Sequence record: DRR378314_1276
Reading direction: 5' to 3' (one strand)
DNA: 49,719 nt
The position numbers were made by a program, and so were the translations under genes. The first letter of the stretch is position 1, and each line of letters starts with the position of its first letter. Positions 9,735 through 20,267 of the stretch are shown here, in pieces. The notes under the pieces are model-generated. The model had not been told where the DNA came from. It saw nothing but the letters and a program-made list of their open reading frames with translations, and did not search any database.

Positions 9735-10436
9735 ATGACCCGCTTATTGCACCTCGACGCCAGCCCCCGCCCCGGACGTTCCGGCACCCACGAGCACGGC
9801 TCGCACAGCCGGCGGCTGAGCCACCACTTCATCGAGCACTGGAAAGCCGCCCGGCCGCGGGATGCGGTGACGCGCCGGGATCTGGGCGTCCGGCCGCCTT
9901 CGCTGCTGAACGTGGAGTGGATCGAAGCCGCCTTTACGCCGTCGACGCAGCGCCCCGCCGCCCTGCAGCAGGTGCTGGCGGAGAGCGACAGCCTGGTGGA
10001 CGAGGTGATCCAGTCCGACGTGCTGGTGCTGGGCGTGCCGCTGTACAACTACAGCTACCCGGCGGCGTTCAAGGCCTGGATCGACCAGATTGTGCGCGTG
10101 GAGCGCACCATCTATTTCGATCCGGCCAACATCGATCACCCGGTGGGCCCGCTGCTCAACGACCGGCCGCGCCACGCGGTGATTCTGTCGTCCCGGGGCG
10201 GGTTCGGCCTGGGCGCTGGCGGCCCGCTGGCGCACCTGAACCATCTGGAAGCCAGCGTGCGCACCGCGCTGGAACTGATCGGCATCGGGCACTTCCATGA
10301 GATCGCCATTGAGTACCAGGAGGAGGGCGGCGAGCGGCTGGACGCGTCGGTACGCGACGCCCTGGCCGAGGTGGAGCGGCTGGTGGCCCGGCTGCAGCGG
10401 GACGCTTTCCCCGTGCCGCGGGCGGTATCCGCGTGA
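9735..10436 (+). CDS. FMN-dependent NADH-azoreductase (AzoR/AcpD family)
   Basis: LLHLDASPR, SHSRRLS, GVPLYNYSYPAAFKAWIDQIVR and SSRGG motifs. Confidence 0.9.
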   Translation: MTRLLHLDASPRPGRSGTHEHGSHSRRLSHHFIEHWKAARPRDAVTRRDLGVRPPSLLNVEWIEAAFTPSTQRPAALQQVLAESDSLVDEVIQSDVLVLGVPLYNYSYPAAFKAWIDQIVRVERTIYFDPANIDHPVGPLLNDRPRHAVILSSRGGFGLGAGGPLAHLNHLEASVRTALELIGIGHFHEIAIEYQEEGGERLDASVRDALAEVERLVARLQRDAFPVPRAVSA

Positions 10437-10458
10437 TGCCGGGGCCCCGGCGTTTGGT

Positions 10459-10469
10459 TTACACTGTAA
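10459..10469. promoter_or_regulatory. Candidate TetR operator TTAC-N3-GTAA (copy 1)
   Basis: TTACACTGTAA palindrome upstream of the TetR gene. The motif recurs at 11200-11210 and 11277-11287. Confidence 0.55.
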
Positions 10470-10514
10470 GCCTTTGCCGTCCGGCCCTGTGCCCGCAGAC
10501 CATGGAGCGCCCCG

Positions 10515-11141
10515 TTGCCCAAGAAGCCGAAAACCGACCAGGAGATCGCCGCCTTCCGCGAGCGCGTCTGCGAGGTGGCCACGGAACTGTTCGTGGAGCG
10601 CGGACCGGATAACGTCACCATGCGGCAGATCGCCGCCGGGGTGGGCGTCAGCCCGATGACGCCGTACCGCTATTTCCAGGACAAGGACGAGATTCTCGCC
10701 ACCGTGCGCGCCGCCGCGCTGGACCGCTTCGCCGCCGCTTTGGAGGCGGGGCTGGCCCAGGGCAGCGACGCCCGCGAGCGCGCCCGCGCCATCGGCGACG
10801 CCTATGTGCGCTTCGCCACCGAGCATCCGGCGGCCTACCAGCTGATGTCGGAGATCTCCCAGGTCGACGAGAGCCGCTACCCGGAGCTGGTGCGCGCCAG
10901 CCGCCGCGCCCGGGAGACCATGGTCGGCTATGTGCGTGATATGATCCGCGAAGGGATGATGGACGGCGACGCCGACCTGATCGGCTATATGTTCTGGTCC
11001 ACCCTGCACGGCATCGTGGTGCTGGACATGGCCGGGCGGCTGGGCGGCGAGATCGACGCGGACACCCTGCGCAAGAAAACCATGCGCACCCTGCTGGCGG
11101 GCATGGCGGTGTCGCCGCCGCGCCGCGACGACGAATCCTGA
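10515..11141 (+). CDS. TetR/AcrR family regulator (WHG-type C-terminal domain)
   Basis: ELFVERGPDNVTMRQIAAGVGVSPMTPYRYFQDKDEIL HTH and FWSTLHG. TTG start with SD GGAG. Confidence 0.93.
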   Translation: MPKKPKTDQEIAAFRERVCEVATELFVERGPDNVTMRQIAAGVGVSPMTPYRYFQDKDEILATVRAAALDRFAAALEAGLAQGSDARERARAIGDAYVRFATEHPAAYQLMSEISQVDESRYPELVRASRRARETMVGYVRDMIREGMMDGDADLIGYMFWSTLHGIVVLDMAGRLGGEIDADTLRKKTMRTLLAGMAVSPPRRDDES

Positions 11142-11184
11142 CCGAATCGCTCACCGGCGGACGCCAGCCGATGTCAGGAAGCGC

Positions 11185-11288
11185 TTGATTTTATAAAATG
11201 TACGTTGTAAATATTTGCCTTCCGAACCGGACGCCGTGCCAGAGCACGATCCCCGGTTTATCCGAATTCGAAAGATTTACAAAGTAAA
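11185..11288 (+). promoter_or_regulatory. AT-rich promoter region of the nitronate monooxygenase gene with two candidate TetR operators
   Basis: TTGATT (11185-11190), GTACGTTGTAA (11200-11210) and TTTACAAAGTAAA (11276-11288). Confidence 0.5.
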
Positions 11289-11313
11289 CGTCACCCACTT
11301 AACAGGAATCGCC

Positions 11314-12285
11314 ATGTCTCTGCCCCCGGAAATCGCCAAACGCCTGCGGCTGCCCGTGATCTGCTCGCCGTTGTTCATCATTTCCAACCCGGACCTGACC
11401 ATCGCCCAGTGCAAGGCCGGGGTGGTGGGCTCGTTCCCGTCGCTGAACGCACGGCCGCTGTCGCAGCTGGACGAATGGCTGGCGCGCATCACCGAGGAGT
11501 TGGCCGCCTGGGACCGGGAGCACCCGGACCAGCCGTCCGCGCCGTTCGCGGTGAACCAGATCGTGCACAAGACCAACGACCGTCTGGAGAAAGACCTGGA
11601 GCTGTGCGAGAAGTACAAGGTGCCGATGGTGATCACCTCCCTGGGCGCCCGTGAAGAGCTCAACCAGGCGGTGCACGGCTGGGGCGGCACGGTGATGCAC
11701 GACATCATCAACGACCGCTTCGCCCGCAAGGCCATCGAGAAGGGCGCCGACGGCCTGATCGCGGTGGCGTCCGGCGCCGGCGGCCACGCCGGCCAGCTGT
11801 CGCCGTTCGCGCTGATCCAGGAAATCCGCCAGTGGTTCGACGGCCCGCTGGCCCTGTCCGGCTCGATCGCCAGCGGCTCCTCGGTGCTGGCGGCCCAGGC
11901 CATGGGCGCGGATCTGGCTTATATCGGTTCGATGTTTATCGCCAGTGAGGAGGCCAACGCCGACCAGGCCTACAAGCAGATGATCGTCGACAGCAAGGCC
12001 ACCGATATCGTCTACAGCAACCTGTTCACCGGCGTGCACGGCAACTACCTGGCGCCGTCCATCGCCAAGGCCGGGCTGGATCCGGCCAACCTGCCGGAAA
12101 GCGACCCGTCGGCGATGAATTTCGGCTCCGGCGGCAGTTCCAAGGCCAAGGCCTGGAAAGACATCTGGGGCTGCGGCCAGGGCATCGGCGTGGTGGACGC
12201 GGTGCGCCCGGCGGCCAATATCGTCGACCAGCTCGCCGACGAGTACCACGCCGCCGCCAAGGCGCTGGACGCCAAGCGCTACTAA
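11314..12285 (+). CDS. Nitronate monooxygenase family / NAD(P)H-dependent flavin oxidoreductase
   Basis: LPVICSPLFIIS, VGSFPSLNAR, GAGGHAG, GADLAYIGSMFIA and AWKDIWGCGQG. ATG 11314 follows SD AGGA. Confidence 0.92.
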   Translation: MSLPPEIAKRLRLPVICSPLFIISNPDLTIAQCKAGVVGSFPSLNARPLSQLDEWLARITEELAAWDREHPDQPSAPFAVNQIVHKTNDRLEKDLELCEKYKVPMVITSLGAREELNQAVHGWGGTVMHDIINDRFARKAIEKGADGLIAVASGAGGHAGQLSPFALIQEIRQWFDGPLALSGSIASGSSVLAAQAMGADLAYIGSMFIASEEANADQAYKQMIVDSKATDIVYSNLFTGVHGNYLAPSIAKAGLDPANLPESDPSAMNFGSGGSSKAKAWKDIWGCGQGIGVVDAVRPAANIVDQLADEYHAAAKALDAKRY

Positions 12286-12322
12286 GGCTTGTAACGCGCT
12301 CCCAGGGAGCGCGCGCCAGCCG

Positions 12323-12955
12323 CTAAAGACGCCGGGCCAGGGCTTCCCTGGGCCGGCGTACTTTTTTCTGGCCCGCCTGACGGTCGTTGTCGGTGTCCCG
12401 GTAGCCCAGGCCCATCAGCGCCACACTGCGCAGCCCCTGCTCGCGCAGGCCCAGCAGCTGGTCCAGCCCGGGCGGATCGAAGCCCTCCATGGGCGAGGCG
12501 TCGACCCGCTCCATGGCCGCCGCCGCCAGCGCCATGCCCAGCCCGATGTAGGCCTGGCGGGCGGCCCACTGAAAGCCTTCCTCCTCGGAGGCGAAGCCGG
12601 CCATCTTGCCTTTCACGGTGTTCTCCAGCCCGGCCAGCGCGTCCCGGGGCAGGTCGCGCTCACGGGCGATCAAATCCACCATTTCCTCGACCTGGGCCTC
12701 GGTGACCGGGCTCCAGGCAGCGAAAATGATCAGGTGCGAGCACTCGGTGATCTGCGGCTGGTTCATCGCCACCGGCGCGATGCGCCGGCGCAGCTCCAGC
12801 GGCTCGGCGACCAGCAGGGTGTAGGGCTGCAGGCCGAAGGACGACGGCGCCAGCCGGGCCGCCTCCAGAATGCGCTCCACTTTCTCTTCGGGGACCTTTG
12901 CCCCGGTCATGCGTTTGGTGGCGTAGCGCCAGTTGAGGGCGTCTTCAAGCGTCAT
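12323..12955 (-). CDS. Nitroreductase family protein (NfsB-like)
   Basis: LNWRYATK, ARLAPSSFGLQP, DASPMEGFD and GLGYR motifs. ATG 12955 follows SD GGAG. Confidence 0.93.
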   Translation of the reverse strand: MTLEDALNWRYATKRMTGAKVPEEKVERILEAARLAPSSFGLQPYTLLVAEPLELRRRIAPVAMNQPQITECSHLIIFAAWSPVTEAQVEEMVDLIARERDLPRDALAGLENTVKGKMAGFASEEEGFQWAARQAYIGLGMALAAAAMERVDASPMEGFDPPGLDQLLGLREQGLRSVALMGLGYRDTDNDRQAGQKKVRRPREALARRL

Positions 12956-13053
12956 GGGGACTCCAGTGTCGAAACAGTGCCGGTTCGCGGGTAAGCCGTT
13001 ATCCTCTCCGGTATCGAGGCACAGCGTCCACACCCGCAACACGGAGAAAGATC

Positions 13054-13473
13054 GTGCAATCCTACACCGGAAGCTGCCTGTGCGGCGGCATCGCCTTCGA
13101 AGTCCGCGGCCCCCTGGCGCCGATTCAGGTGTGCCATTGCCAGCAGTGCCGCAAAGCCCAGGGCGCCCCCTTCGCCACCAACACGCCGGTGGAGGAAGCG
13201 GCCTTTGAGCTGCTGAGCGGTCGCGAGCTGATCACCGAATACCAATCCTCGCCCGGCAAGGTCCGCGCCTTCTGCGGGCGCTGCGGCTCGCCGGTCTACA
13301 GCCGCAAGGCCGACCTGCCCGGCGTGCTGCGGATCCGCGCCGGGCTGTTCAACGAGCCCCTGGAGGCGCGCCCGGTGTTTCACGCCTACACCGGCTCCAA
13401 GGCCAACTGGTGGCCGATTCTGGACGATCTGCCCTGCTACGAAGGAATGGCCGACCCGGCCGGAAAGCGCTGA
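13054..13473 (+). CDS. GFA/CENP-V family protein
   Basis: GSCLCG, CHCQQCRK, YQSSPGKVRAFCGRCGS motifs. Confidence 0.92.
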   Translation: MQSYTGSCLCGGIAFEVRGPLAPIQVCHCQQCRKAQGAPFATNTPVEEAAFELLSGRELITEYQSSPGKVRAFCGRCGSPVYSRKADLPGVLRIRAGLFNEPLEARPVFHAYTGSKANWWPILDDLPCYEGMADPAGKR

Positions 13474-13500
13474 CCGGCCCCCCGTCGGCGGTGTGCGCAT

Positions 13501-13529
13501 TTGGCCCGCCGCCGCCGGACGTTTATGAT
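13501..13529 (+). promoter_or_regulatory. Putative sigma70 promoter for ribE-ribBX-ribH-nusB-thiL
   Basis: TTGGCC (13501-13506), 17 bp spacer, TATGAT (13524-13529). Confidence 0.55.
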
Positions 13530-13573
13530 AGGCGCCCCTTCCTCCCCGCGTGTCTCTGCAGGAGCGGCAAACC

Positions 13574-14236
13574 ATGTTTACAGGCATCATCGAGGCCCAG
13601 GGCCATGTGGCGGCGCTGACGCCCAGTGGCGGCGACGTGACGCTGCGTATCCACAGCGACGAGCTGGATTTCGGCGACGTGAAGCTGGGTGACTCGATCG
13701 CCGTCAACGGCGTCTGCCTGACGGTCACCGCCCTGGCCGGCGGCGACAGCTTCAGCGCCGATGTCTCCGGCGAAACCCTGTCGCTGACCTCCCTGAAGCA
13801 GCTCAAGAGCGGCAGCCGGGTGAACCTGGAGAAGGCGATGACGCCCTCCACGCGCATGGGCGGGCACCTGGTGAGCGGCCATGTGGACGGCCTTGGCACG
13901 GTCAAGGCGATGACCCCGGACGCCCGCTCGGTGCGCATCGACATCGAGGCGCCGGCGGAGCTGGCCCGCTACATCGCCCAGAAGGGCTCGATCACCGTGG
14001 ACGGCATCAGCCTGACGGTGAACAGCGTGGACGGCGCGCTGTTCTCGCTGAACATCATTCCCCACACCCAGGACGTCACCACCATCCAGGATTGGAAACC
14101 GGGGACGCCAGTGAACCTGGAAGTTGATATCATTGCGCGCTATCTGGAGCGGCTGCTGCTCGGCGAGCGCGCCGCCCGGCCCGGTTCGGAGGGCGTGTCC
14201 ATGTCGTTCCTGGCCGAGCACGGTTTTCTGAAGTAG
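13574..14236 (+). CDS. ribE: Riboflavin synthase alpha chain (ribC in E. coli nomenclature)
   Basis: N-terminus MFTGII, GDSIAVNGVCLTV, GGHLVSGHVDG and KGSITVDGISLTVN. Confidence 0.97.
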   Translation: MFTGIIEAQGHVAALTPSGGDVTLRIHSDELDFGDVKLGDSIAVNGVCLTVTALAGGDSFSADVSGETLSLTSLKQLKSGSRVNLEKAMTPSTRMGGHLVSGHVDGLGTVKAMTPDARSVRIDIEAPAELARYIAQKGSITVDGISLTVNSVDGALFSLNIIPHTQDVTTIQDWKPGTPVNLEVDIIARYLERLLLGERAARPGSEGVSMSFLAEHGFLK

Positions 14237-14302
14237 CTCGCGGCGGTGGCCCGAGGGCGCGCAAACACCGGCACGCGCGGCGTGCATTAAAAGGTAGGTT
14301 TC

Positions 14303-15412
14303 ATGCAACTCAACAGCATTGAAGAACTGATCGAGGACATCCGTCAGGGCAAGATGGTGATCCTGATGGACGACGAGGACCGGGAAAACGAAGGCGACCT
14401 GGTGATGGCCGCCGAACACGTGACTCCCGAGGCGATCAACTTCATGGCCCGTTTCGGGCGCGGCCTGATCTGCATGCCGATGTCCAAGGAGCGTTGCGAG
14501 CAGCTGGATCTGCCGCTGATGGTGCGCGCCAACGGCAGCGGCTTCGGCACCAAGTTCACCGTCTCCATCGAGGCCCGCGAGGGCGTCACCACCGGTATTT
14601 CCGCCGCCGACCGGGCGCGCACCGTGCAGGCCGCCGCCGCCAAACACGCCAAGGCGTCGGACATCGTCCAGCCGGGGCATATTTTCCCGCTGATGGCGGA
14701 GCCGGGCGGCGTGCTGCGCCGCGCCGGGCACACCGAGGCCTCCTGCGACCTGGCGGTGATGGCCGGCTGCGAGGCCGCCGGCGTGATCTGCGAAGTGATG
14801 AACGAGGACGGTTCCATGGCGCGCCGCCCGGACCTGGAACAGTTCGCCCAGGAGCACGGCATCAAGATCGGCACCATCGCCGACCTGATTCAGTACCGCG
14901 CGCTCAACGAACAGACCATCGAGCCGGTGTCCGAGCACCCGCTGGACACCTGGTACGGTGAATTCCGGCTGGTGGCGTTCCGCGACACCGTCGACGGCCA
15001 TGTGCACATCGCCCTGGTCAAAGGCGAGGTGCACGAGGATAAGGAAGTGACGGTGCGGGTGCACCAGGTGGACCCGCTGCGCGATCTGATGAGCGCCAAG
15101 CTCAACGGCCGCACCGGCTGGAACATGCACCGGGTGCTGGAAGCGGTGGCCGACGCGGAAACCGGGGTGGTGATCATCCTCGGCCAGGACGAGGACTCCG
15201 AGCCCACCCTGGACCGCCTGCAGGCGTTTTTCGACGGCACCGCCAACAAGCCCAAGGGCGAGTCGCGCACTTATCGCAACATCGGCACCGGCTCTCAGAT
15301 TCTCAAGGCGCTGGGCGTGCGCAAGATGCGCCTTCTCAGCTCACCGATGAAATTCAACGCGCTTTCCGGTTTCGACCTGGAGATCGTCGAATACGTGGAA
15401 GCGGACGGCTAA
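14303..15412 (+). CDS. ribB: DHBP synthase fused to a degenerate GTP cyclohydrolase II-like domain (RibBX-type)
   Basis: [26 protein letters not shown] and ICEVMNEDG motifs. The C-terminal domain has VRVHQVD and lacks the GCH-II zinc-binding cysteines. Confidence 0.93.
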   Translation: MQLNSIEELIEDIRQGKMVILMDDEDRENEGDLVMAAEHVTPEAINFMARFGRGLICMPMSKERCEQLDLPLMVRANGSGFGTKFTVSIEAREGVTTGISAADRARTVQAAAAKHAKASDIVQPGHIFPLMAEPGGVLRRAGHTEASCDLAVMAGCEAAGVICEVMNEDGSMARRPDLEQFAQEHGIKIGTIADLIQYRALNEQTIEPVSEHPLDTWYGEFRLVAFRDTVDGHVHIALVKGEVHEDKEVTVRVHQVDPLRDLMSAKLNGRTGWNMHRVLEAVADAETGVVIILGQDEDSEPTLDRLQAFFDGTANKPKGESRTYRNIGTGSQILKALGVRKMRLLSSPMKFNALSGFDLEIVEYVEADG

Positions 15413-15422
15413 GGAAAAACAC

Positions 15423-15893
15423 ATGCACGATATCAAAACCTTCGAAGGCACTCTGAACAACGTGGGCGGCCGTTACGCCCTGGTGGTGGCGCGTTTCAAC
15501 AGCTTTGTGGTGGAAGCGCTGCTGGCCGGCGCGGTGGACACCCTGGTGCGCCACGGCGTGGCCCGCGATGACATCGAGATCATCCGCGTGCCCGGCGCCT
15601 GGGAGCTGCCGGTGGCGGTGAAGAAGATCCTGGAAAAGCGCGACTACGACGCGGTGATCGCGCTGGGCGCGGTGATCCGGGGCGGCACCGCCCACTTCGA
15701 GTACGTGGCCGGTGAGGCCGCCAAGGGCATCGCCGCGGTGCAGAACGACACCGGCGTGCCGGTGGCCTTCGGTGTGCTCACCGTGGAGTCCATCGAGCAG
15801 GCGATCGAGCGCAGCGGCACCAAGGCCGGCAATAAAGGCGCCGAGGCCGCGATGTCCGCTCTGGAAATGGTTTCTCTGTTCAAGGCGCTTTAA
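15423..15893 (+). CDS. ribH: 6,7-dimethyl-8-ribityllumazine synthase
   Basis: [27 protein letters not shown] and [12 protein letters not shown]. Confidence 0.98.
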   Translation: MHDIKTFEGTLNNVGGRYALVVARFNSFVVEALLAGAVDTLVRHGVARDDIEIIRVPGAWELPVAVKKILEKRDYDAVIALGAVIRGGTAHFEYVAGEAAKGIAAVQNDTGVPVAFGVLTVESIEQAIERSGTKAGNKGAEAAMSALEMVSLFKAL

Positions 15894-16390
15894 TGACCCA
15901 GTCCGCCGTACCGTCTTCCCCCGCCGCGCGCCGCAAGGCGCGCCGCTACGCGTTGCAGGCGCTGTACCAGTGGCAGCTTGCCGGCGCCACGCTGAGCGAT
16001 ATCGAGGCCCAGTTCCTGGCCGCCAACGATATGCAGAAGGTGGACCGCACCTATTTCCACGACCTGCTGCACGGCGTGCCCGCCGAAGTGACCGGCCTGG
16101 ACGAGGCATTGCGCCCGTTCCTGGATCGCCGGGTGGAGGAGCTGTCCCAGGTGGAGAAGGCGCTGCTGCGCATCGGCGCCTTCGAGCTCAAGGAGCGTCT
16201 GGATGTGCCCTATCGGGTGGTGATCAACGAAAGCATCGAGCTGGCCAAGGTGTTTGGCGCCGACGACTCCTTCAAGTACGTTAACGGCGTGCTGGATAAA
16301 CTGGCGCGGCGGCTGCGTTCCGCCGAGACCGCCCACCGCCCCGCCGCGTCCCGGCAGGCCCCGGACGACGATGGAGCGGACAAGGACTGA
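15893..16390 (+). CDS. nusB: Transcription antitermination factor NusB
   Basis: [30 protein letters not shown] and [10 protein letters not shown]. Confidence 0.98.
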   Translation: MTQSAVPSSPAARRKARRYALQALYQWQLAGATLSDIEAQFLAANDMQKVDRTYFHDLLHGVPAEVTGLDEALRPFLDRRVEELSQVEKALLRIGAFELKERLDVPYRVVINESIELAKVFGADDSFKYVNGVLDKLARRLRSAETAHRPAASRQAPDDDGADKD

Positions 16391-16419
16391 CCGTGGCATA
16401 ACAAAGGGAGCGTTTGATT

Positions 16420-17340
16420 ATGGATGAATTCGCTCTGATAGAACGCTACTTCCGCCGCCCGGACCACCCGCCGGGCGATGGCGTGGTGCTGGGCCCCGGC
16501 GACGACGCGGCCCTGCTGCTCCCGCCCGCCGGCGACGAGCTGGTAATGACCCTGGACACCAGCCTCGGCGGCCACCATTTCCCCGACGACCTGCCCGCCG
16601 CCGATGTGGGCCACCGCTGCCTGGCGGTGAATCTGTCCGATCTCTACGCCATGGGCGCGCGCCCGCTGTGGTTCCTGCTGTCGGTGACGCTGCCGCAGGC
16701 CGACGAGGCCTGGCTGGCGGGCTTCGCCCAGGGCCTGTTCGATCTGGCGGACCGGGCCGGCATCGCGCTGGTTGGTGGGGACGTTACCCGTGGGCCTTTG
16801 AGCGTGAGCATCCAGGCCACCGGTGCGGTGACGCCGGGCCGCGCGTTGCGCCGCGACGGCGCCCGCGCCGGCCAGCGCCTGGCGATCGGCGGCGTGCCCG
16901 GGCAGGGCGGTCTGGGGTTGCGTCACTGGCAGGCCGGCGAGCGTGCCACGGTGAGCGCCCGCCACCTGGCCCGGCCCGCTTTTCCGCTGGATCTGGGCGC
17001 CGCCCTGGTGGGCCGGGCGGGGGCTGCCATCGACGTCTCCGACGGTCTGTTGCAGGACCTGGGGCATATCCTCAAGGCGAGCGGCGGGCTGGGTGCGGAG
17101 CTGGATCTGGCGACGCTGCCGGTGAACGAGGAGCTGGCGGCCCTGGACGAGGCGGACCGTTACCCGTTGCAGCTCACCGGCGGCGACGACTACTGCTTGC
17201 TGTTTACCTGGCCGGACGCCCGGCCCCTGCCGCCGGGAACCAGCGACATCGGCATGATCACCGAGAAGGGGCCGATTCTGCTGCGTTACCCGGACGGCCG
17301 CACCGAGCCCGCCCGACCGGGGGGTTGGCGGCACTTTTAG
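16420..17340 (+). CDS. thiL: Thiamine-monophosphate kinase
   Basis: MDEFALI, GPGDDAA, AVNLSDLYAMGA, GGDVT, IDVSDGL and GGDDY. Confidence 0.96.
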   Translation: MDEFALIERYFRRPDHPPGDGVVLGPGDDAALLLPPAGDELVMTLDTSLGGHHFPDDLPAADVGHRCLAVNLSDLYAMGARPLWFLLSVTLPQADEAWLAGFAQGLFDLADRAGIALVGGDVTRGPLSVSIQATGAVTPGRALRRDGARAGQRLAIGGVPGQGGLGLRHWQAGERATVSARHLARPAFPLDLGAALVGRAGAAIDVSDGLLQDLGHILKASGGLGAELDLATLPVNEELAALDEADRYPLQLTGGDDYCLLFTWPDARPLPPGTSDIGMITEKGPILLRYPDGRTEPARPGGWRHF

Positions 17341-17360
17341 TCGGGGCCGGGCAGGCCGGC

Positions 17361-19283
17361 TCAGGCGCGGTGGGGCAGGGCGTCGTGCAGACGCTTCAGG
17401 CGCCGGCGCACGCTGGCTTCGATGCCGGCGGCGTCCAGGCCGTGCTCGGCGAGCAGCGCGTCCCGCTTGCCGTGGTGGATAAAGTGGTCCGGCAGGCCCA
17501 GGTTGAGCACCGGCACCACCACGCCTTCGTCGATCAGCAGCTCGTTGACCGCTGAACCGGCGCCGCCCATGCGCTGGTGGTCTTCCAGCGTCACCACCAG
17601 GTCATGGCGGGCGGCGGCGTCCAGCACCGCGCCCCGGTCCAGGGGCTTCACCCAGCGCATGTCGATCACCGTGGCGTCGAGTTTCTCGGCGGCCTCCAGG
17701 GCCGCCGGCACCAGCGCGCCGAAGGCGAGCAGGGCGACGTCGCCCTTGCCCTGGCGCAGCGTGCGGCTTTCGCCCACCGGCAGGGCGGTCATGGTGGGCT
17801 CGATTTTCGCGCCGGGGCCGGTGCCGCGCGGGTAGCGCACCGCCGCCGGGCCCTCGTGCAGCCAGGCGGTGTAGAGCAGCTGCCGGCACTCGTTCTCGTC
17901 CGACGGCGCCGCCACGATCATGTTCGGCACGGTGCGCAGGTAGGCGAGGTCGAACACGCCGCCGTGGGTGGCGCCGTCCTCGCCCACCAGGCCGGCCCGG
18001 TCGATGCCGAAGGTCACATCCAGGTCCTGCAGCGCCACGTCATGGATCAGCTGGTCGTAGGCGCGCTGCAGGAAGGTGGAGTAGATCGCCACCACCGGTT
18101 TGCGGCCTTCGCAGGCCATGCCGCCGGCCAGCGTCAGGGCGTGCTGCTCGCAGATCGCCACGTCGTGGTAGCGCTCCGGGAAACGGCGCGCGAAATCCAC
18201 CATGCCGGAGCCTTCGCACATGGCCGGGGTGATGCCGATCAGGCGCGGGTCCTGCTTGGCCAGGTCGCACAGCCACTGGCCGAACACTTCCTGGTACTTG
18301 GGGCTCTTCGGTTTGGCCGGCTTGGCCACTTCCACTTTCGCCTTGGGCTCGATCTTGTTGATCGCGTGGTAGCCCACCGGGTCCGCTTCCGCCGGGCCGA
18401 AGCCCTTGCCCTTGGTGGTGTAGACGTGCAGCAGTTGCGGCCCTTCCAGGTCGCGCATGGTCTCCAGGGTGGCGGTCAGCTCGTCGATGTCGTGGCCGTC
18501 GATGGGGCCGATGTAGTTGAAGCCGATCGCCTCGAACAGCATGTCCGGGCTGACCATGTTCTTCATGCTTTCTTCGGTGCGGCGCACGAAGTCCCAGGCC
18601 GCCGGCATGGCGGAGAGCACTTTCTTGCCGCCTTCGCGCAGGGCGATGTAGGTCTTGGACGACCAGATGCGCGCGAAGTAGTTGGCCAGCCCGCCCACGT
18701 TATGGCCGATCGACATGGTGTTGTCGTTGAGAATCACCAGCAGGTTGGCGCGGGTGTGGGCGGCGTGGCTCATGGCTTCGAAGGCCTGGCCGGCGGTCAT
18801 GGCGCCGTCGCCGATCACCGCCACGGTGCGGCGCTTGTCGCCGGCCTGCTCGGCGCCCAGGGCCATGCCCAGCGCGGCGCTGATCGAGGTGGACGAGTGG
18901 CCCACCCCGAAGGTGTCGAATTCCGACTCGGTGCGTTTCGGGAAGCCGGACAGGCCGTGCTGCTGCCGCACGGTGAGAATCTCGTCGCGGCGGCCGGTGA
19001 GAATCTTATGCGGGTAGCACTGGTGGCCCACGTCCCAGACCAGCCGGTCGTAGGGGGTGTCGAACAGATAGTGCAGGGCCACGGTCAGTTCCACCACGCC
19101 GAGGCCGGCGCCGAAGTGCCCGCCGGCGCGACCCACGGCGTAGAGCAGGTAGGCGCGCAGTTCGTCCACCATCTGCTCAAGGTCCGTTTCGGGCAGTCGC
19201 CGCAGGTCCGCCGGCGCGCCTATGCGGTCCAGCAACGGCGTGTGGGGGCGGGTCAGCGGAATGTCGGTAAACGTCTTTTGCAT
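17361..19283 (-). CDS. dxs: 1-deoxy-D-xylulose-5-phosphate synthase
   Basis: [51 protein letters not shown] and [10 protein letters not shown]. Confidence 0.99.
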   Translation of the reverse strand: MQKTFTDIPLTRPHTPLLDRIGAPADLRRLPETDLEQMVDELRAYLLYAVGRAGGHFGAGLGVVELTVALHYLFDTPYDRLVWDVGHQCYPHKILTGRRDEILTVRQQHGLSGFPKRTESEFDTFGVGHSSTSISAALGMALGAEQAGDKRRTVAVIGDGAMTAGQAFEAMSHAAHTRANLLVILNDNTMSIGHNVGGLANYFARIWSSKTYIALREGGKKVLSAMPAAWDFVRRTEESMKNMVSPDMLFEAIGFNYIGPIDGHDIDELTATLETMRDLEGPQLLHVYTTKGKGFGPAEADPVGYHAINKIEPKAKVEVAKPAKPKSPKYQEVFGQWLCDLAKQDPRLIGITPAMCEGSGMVDFARRFPERYHDVAICEQHALTLAGGMACEGRKPVVAIYSTFLQRAYDQLIHDVALQDLDVTFGIDRAGLVGEDGATHGGVFDLAYLRTVPNMIVAAPSDENECRQLLYTAWLHEGPAAVRYPRGTGPGAKIEPTMTALPVGESRTLRQGKGDVALLAFGALVPAALEAAEKLDATVIDMRWVKPLDRGAVLDAAARHDLVVTLEDHQRMGGAGSAVNELLIDEGVVVPVLNLGLPDHFIHHGKRDALLAEHGLDAAGIEASVRRRLKRLHDALPHRA

Positions 19284-19330
19284 TGATTGGGAGCCTGAAT
19301 CAGTCGGCGTCGGCTTGGCAAGGGGAGGGC

Positions 19331-19360
19331 ATTATAACGATCCTTGGGGCCCGTCGTCAG
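19331..19360 (-). promoter_or_regulatory. Internal sigma70 promoter for dxs
   Basis: Minus strand CTGACG, 18 bp spacer, perfect TATAAT (19336-19331) in the ispA-dxs gap. Confidence 0.55.
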
Positions 19361-19364
19361 TGAT

Positions 19365-20267
19365 CTAGTGAGACCGCTGCACGATGTAGTCCGCCAATTG
19401 TTGCAGCGGGCCGGCGGCGTCGCCGTAGCCGGCGAGGGCGGCGCGGGCCTGCCGGCACAGGGCCTGGGCGCGCTCGCGGCTGGCCTGCAGGCCGAGCAGG
19501 GCCGGGAAGGTGCTTTTGCCGTGCTTCTCGTCGGACTTGCTGGGTTTGCCGAGCTGTTCGGTGTCCATGGTCACGTCGAGGATGTCGTCCTGGATCTGGA
19601 ACGCCAGGCCGATGGCGTCGCCGTAGGCGGTCAGGTTGCGCGCCAGCTCGGCGTCCGGGCGGCCGGCGGCCAGGTAGCCCAGGGTCAGGCTGGCGGTGAT
19701 CAGGCGGCCGGTTTTCAGGTAATGCATGCGTTCCAGGGCGGCCACGTCCTGCAGCTGGCCATGGGCGGCCATGTCCTGCATCTGCCCGGCGGCCATGCCG
19801 GCGCCGCCGGCGGCCTGGGTGAGCGCGCGCACCATGCCGACGCGGGCGCCGTCCGGGTAGTCGCCGGCGCGGCTGAGCAGCTCGAAGGCGAAGGTGTGCA
19901 GGGTGTCCCCGGCGAGGATCGCGGTGGCTTCGTCGAAGGCGCGGTGGCAGGTGGGCTGGCCCCGGCGCAGATCGTCGTCGTCCATCGCCGGCAGGTCGTC
20001 GTGGACCAGGGAATAGGCGTGGATCAGCTCCACCGCCACCGCCGGCACGTCGGCCTGTTCCAGGCTGCCGCCGGCGAGCCGGCAGGCGGCGTACACCAGC
20101 ATCGGGCGGATCCGCTTGCCGCCGGCCAGGGCCGCATAGCGCATCGCTTCGGCGAGGCGCGGGGCGTCGCTGGCCGCGGGGTCGGGCAGATGGTCGCGCA
20201 GCGCCTGGTCGAGCCGCGCGCGCACGGTGGCGTTGAGCGGGTCCAGGGCGTTGAGGTTACTGGTCAT
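19365..20267 (-). CDS. ispA: Farnesyl diphosphate synthase
   Basis: [28 protein letters not shown] and FQIQDDILD. Canonical xseB-ispA-dxs order. Confidence 0.97.
   Translation of the reverse strand: MTSNLNALDPLNATVRARLDQALRDHLPDPAASDAPRLAEAMRYAALAGGKRIRPMLVYAACRLAGGSLEQADVPAVAVELIHAYSLVHDDLPAMDDDDLRRGQPTCHRAFDEATAILAGDTLHTFAFELLSRAGDYPDGARVGMVRALTQAAGGAGMAAGQMQDMAAHGQLQDVAALERMHYLKTGRLITASLTLGYLAAGRPDAELARNLTAYGDAIGLAFQIQDDILDVTMDTEQLGKPSKSDEKHGKSTFPALLGLQASRERAQALCRQARAALAGYGDAAGPLQQLADYIVQRSH

Noticed and set aside
11215-11313. N-terminal extensions of ORF-track calls (also 12956-13042, 35669-35791, 20999-21148)
   Set aside because: Family homology and SD sequences begin at downstream ATGs. 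The extensions run through promoter DNA or the upstream gene.
13474-14302. FMN riboswitch before ribE or ribB
   Set aside because: The leaders are too short and lack the conserved RFN motifs.
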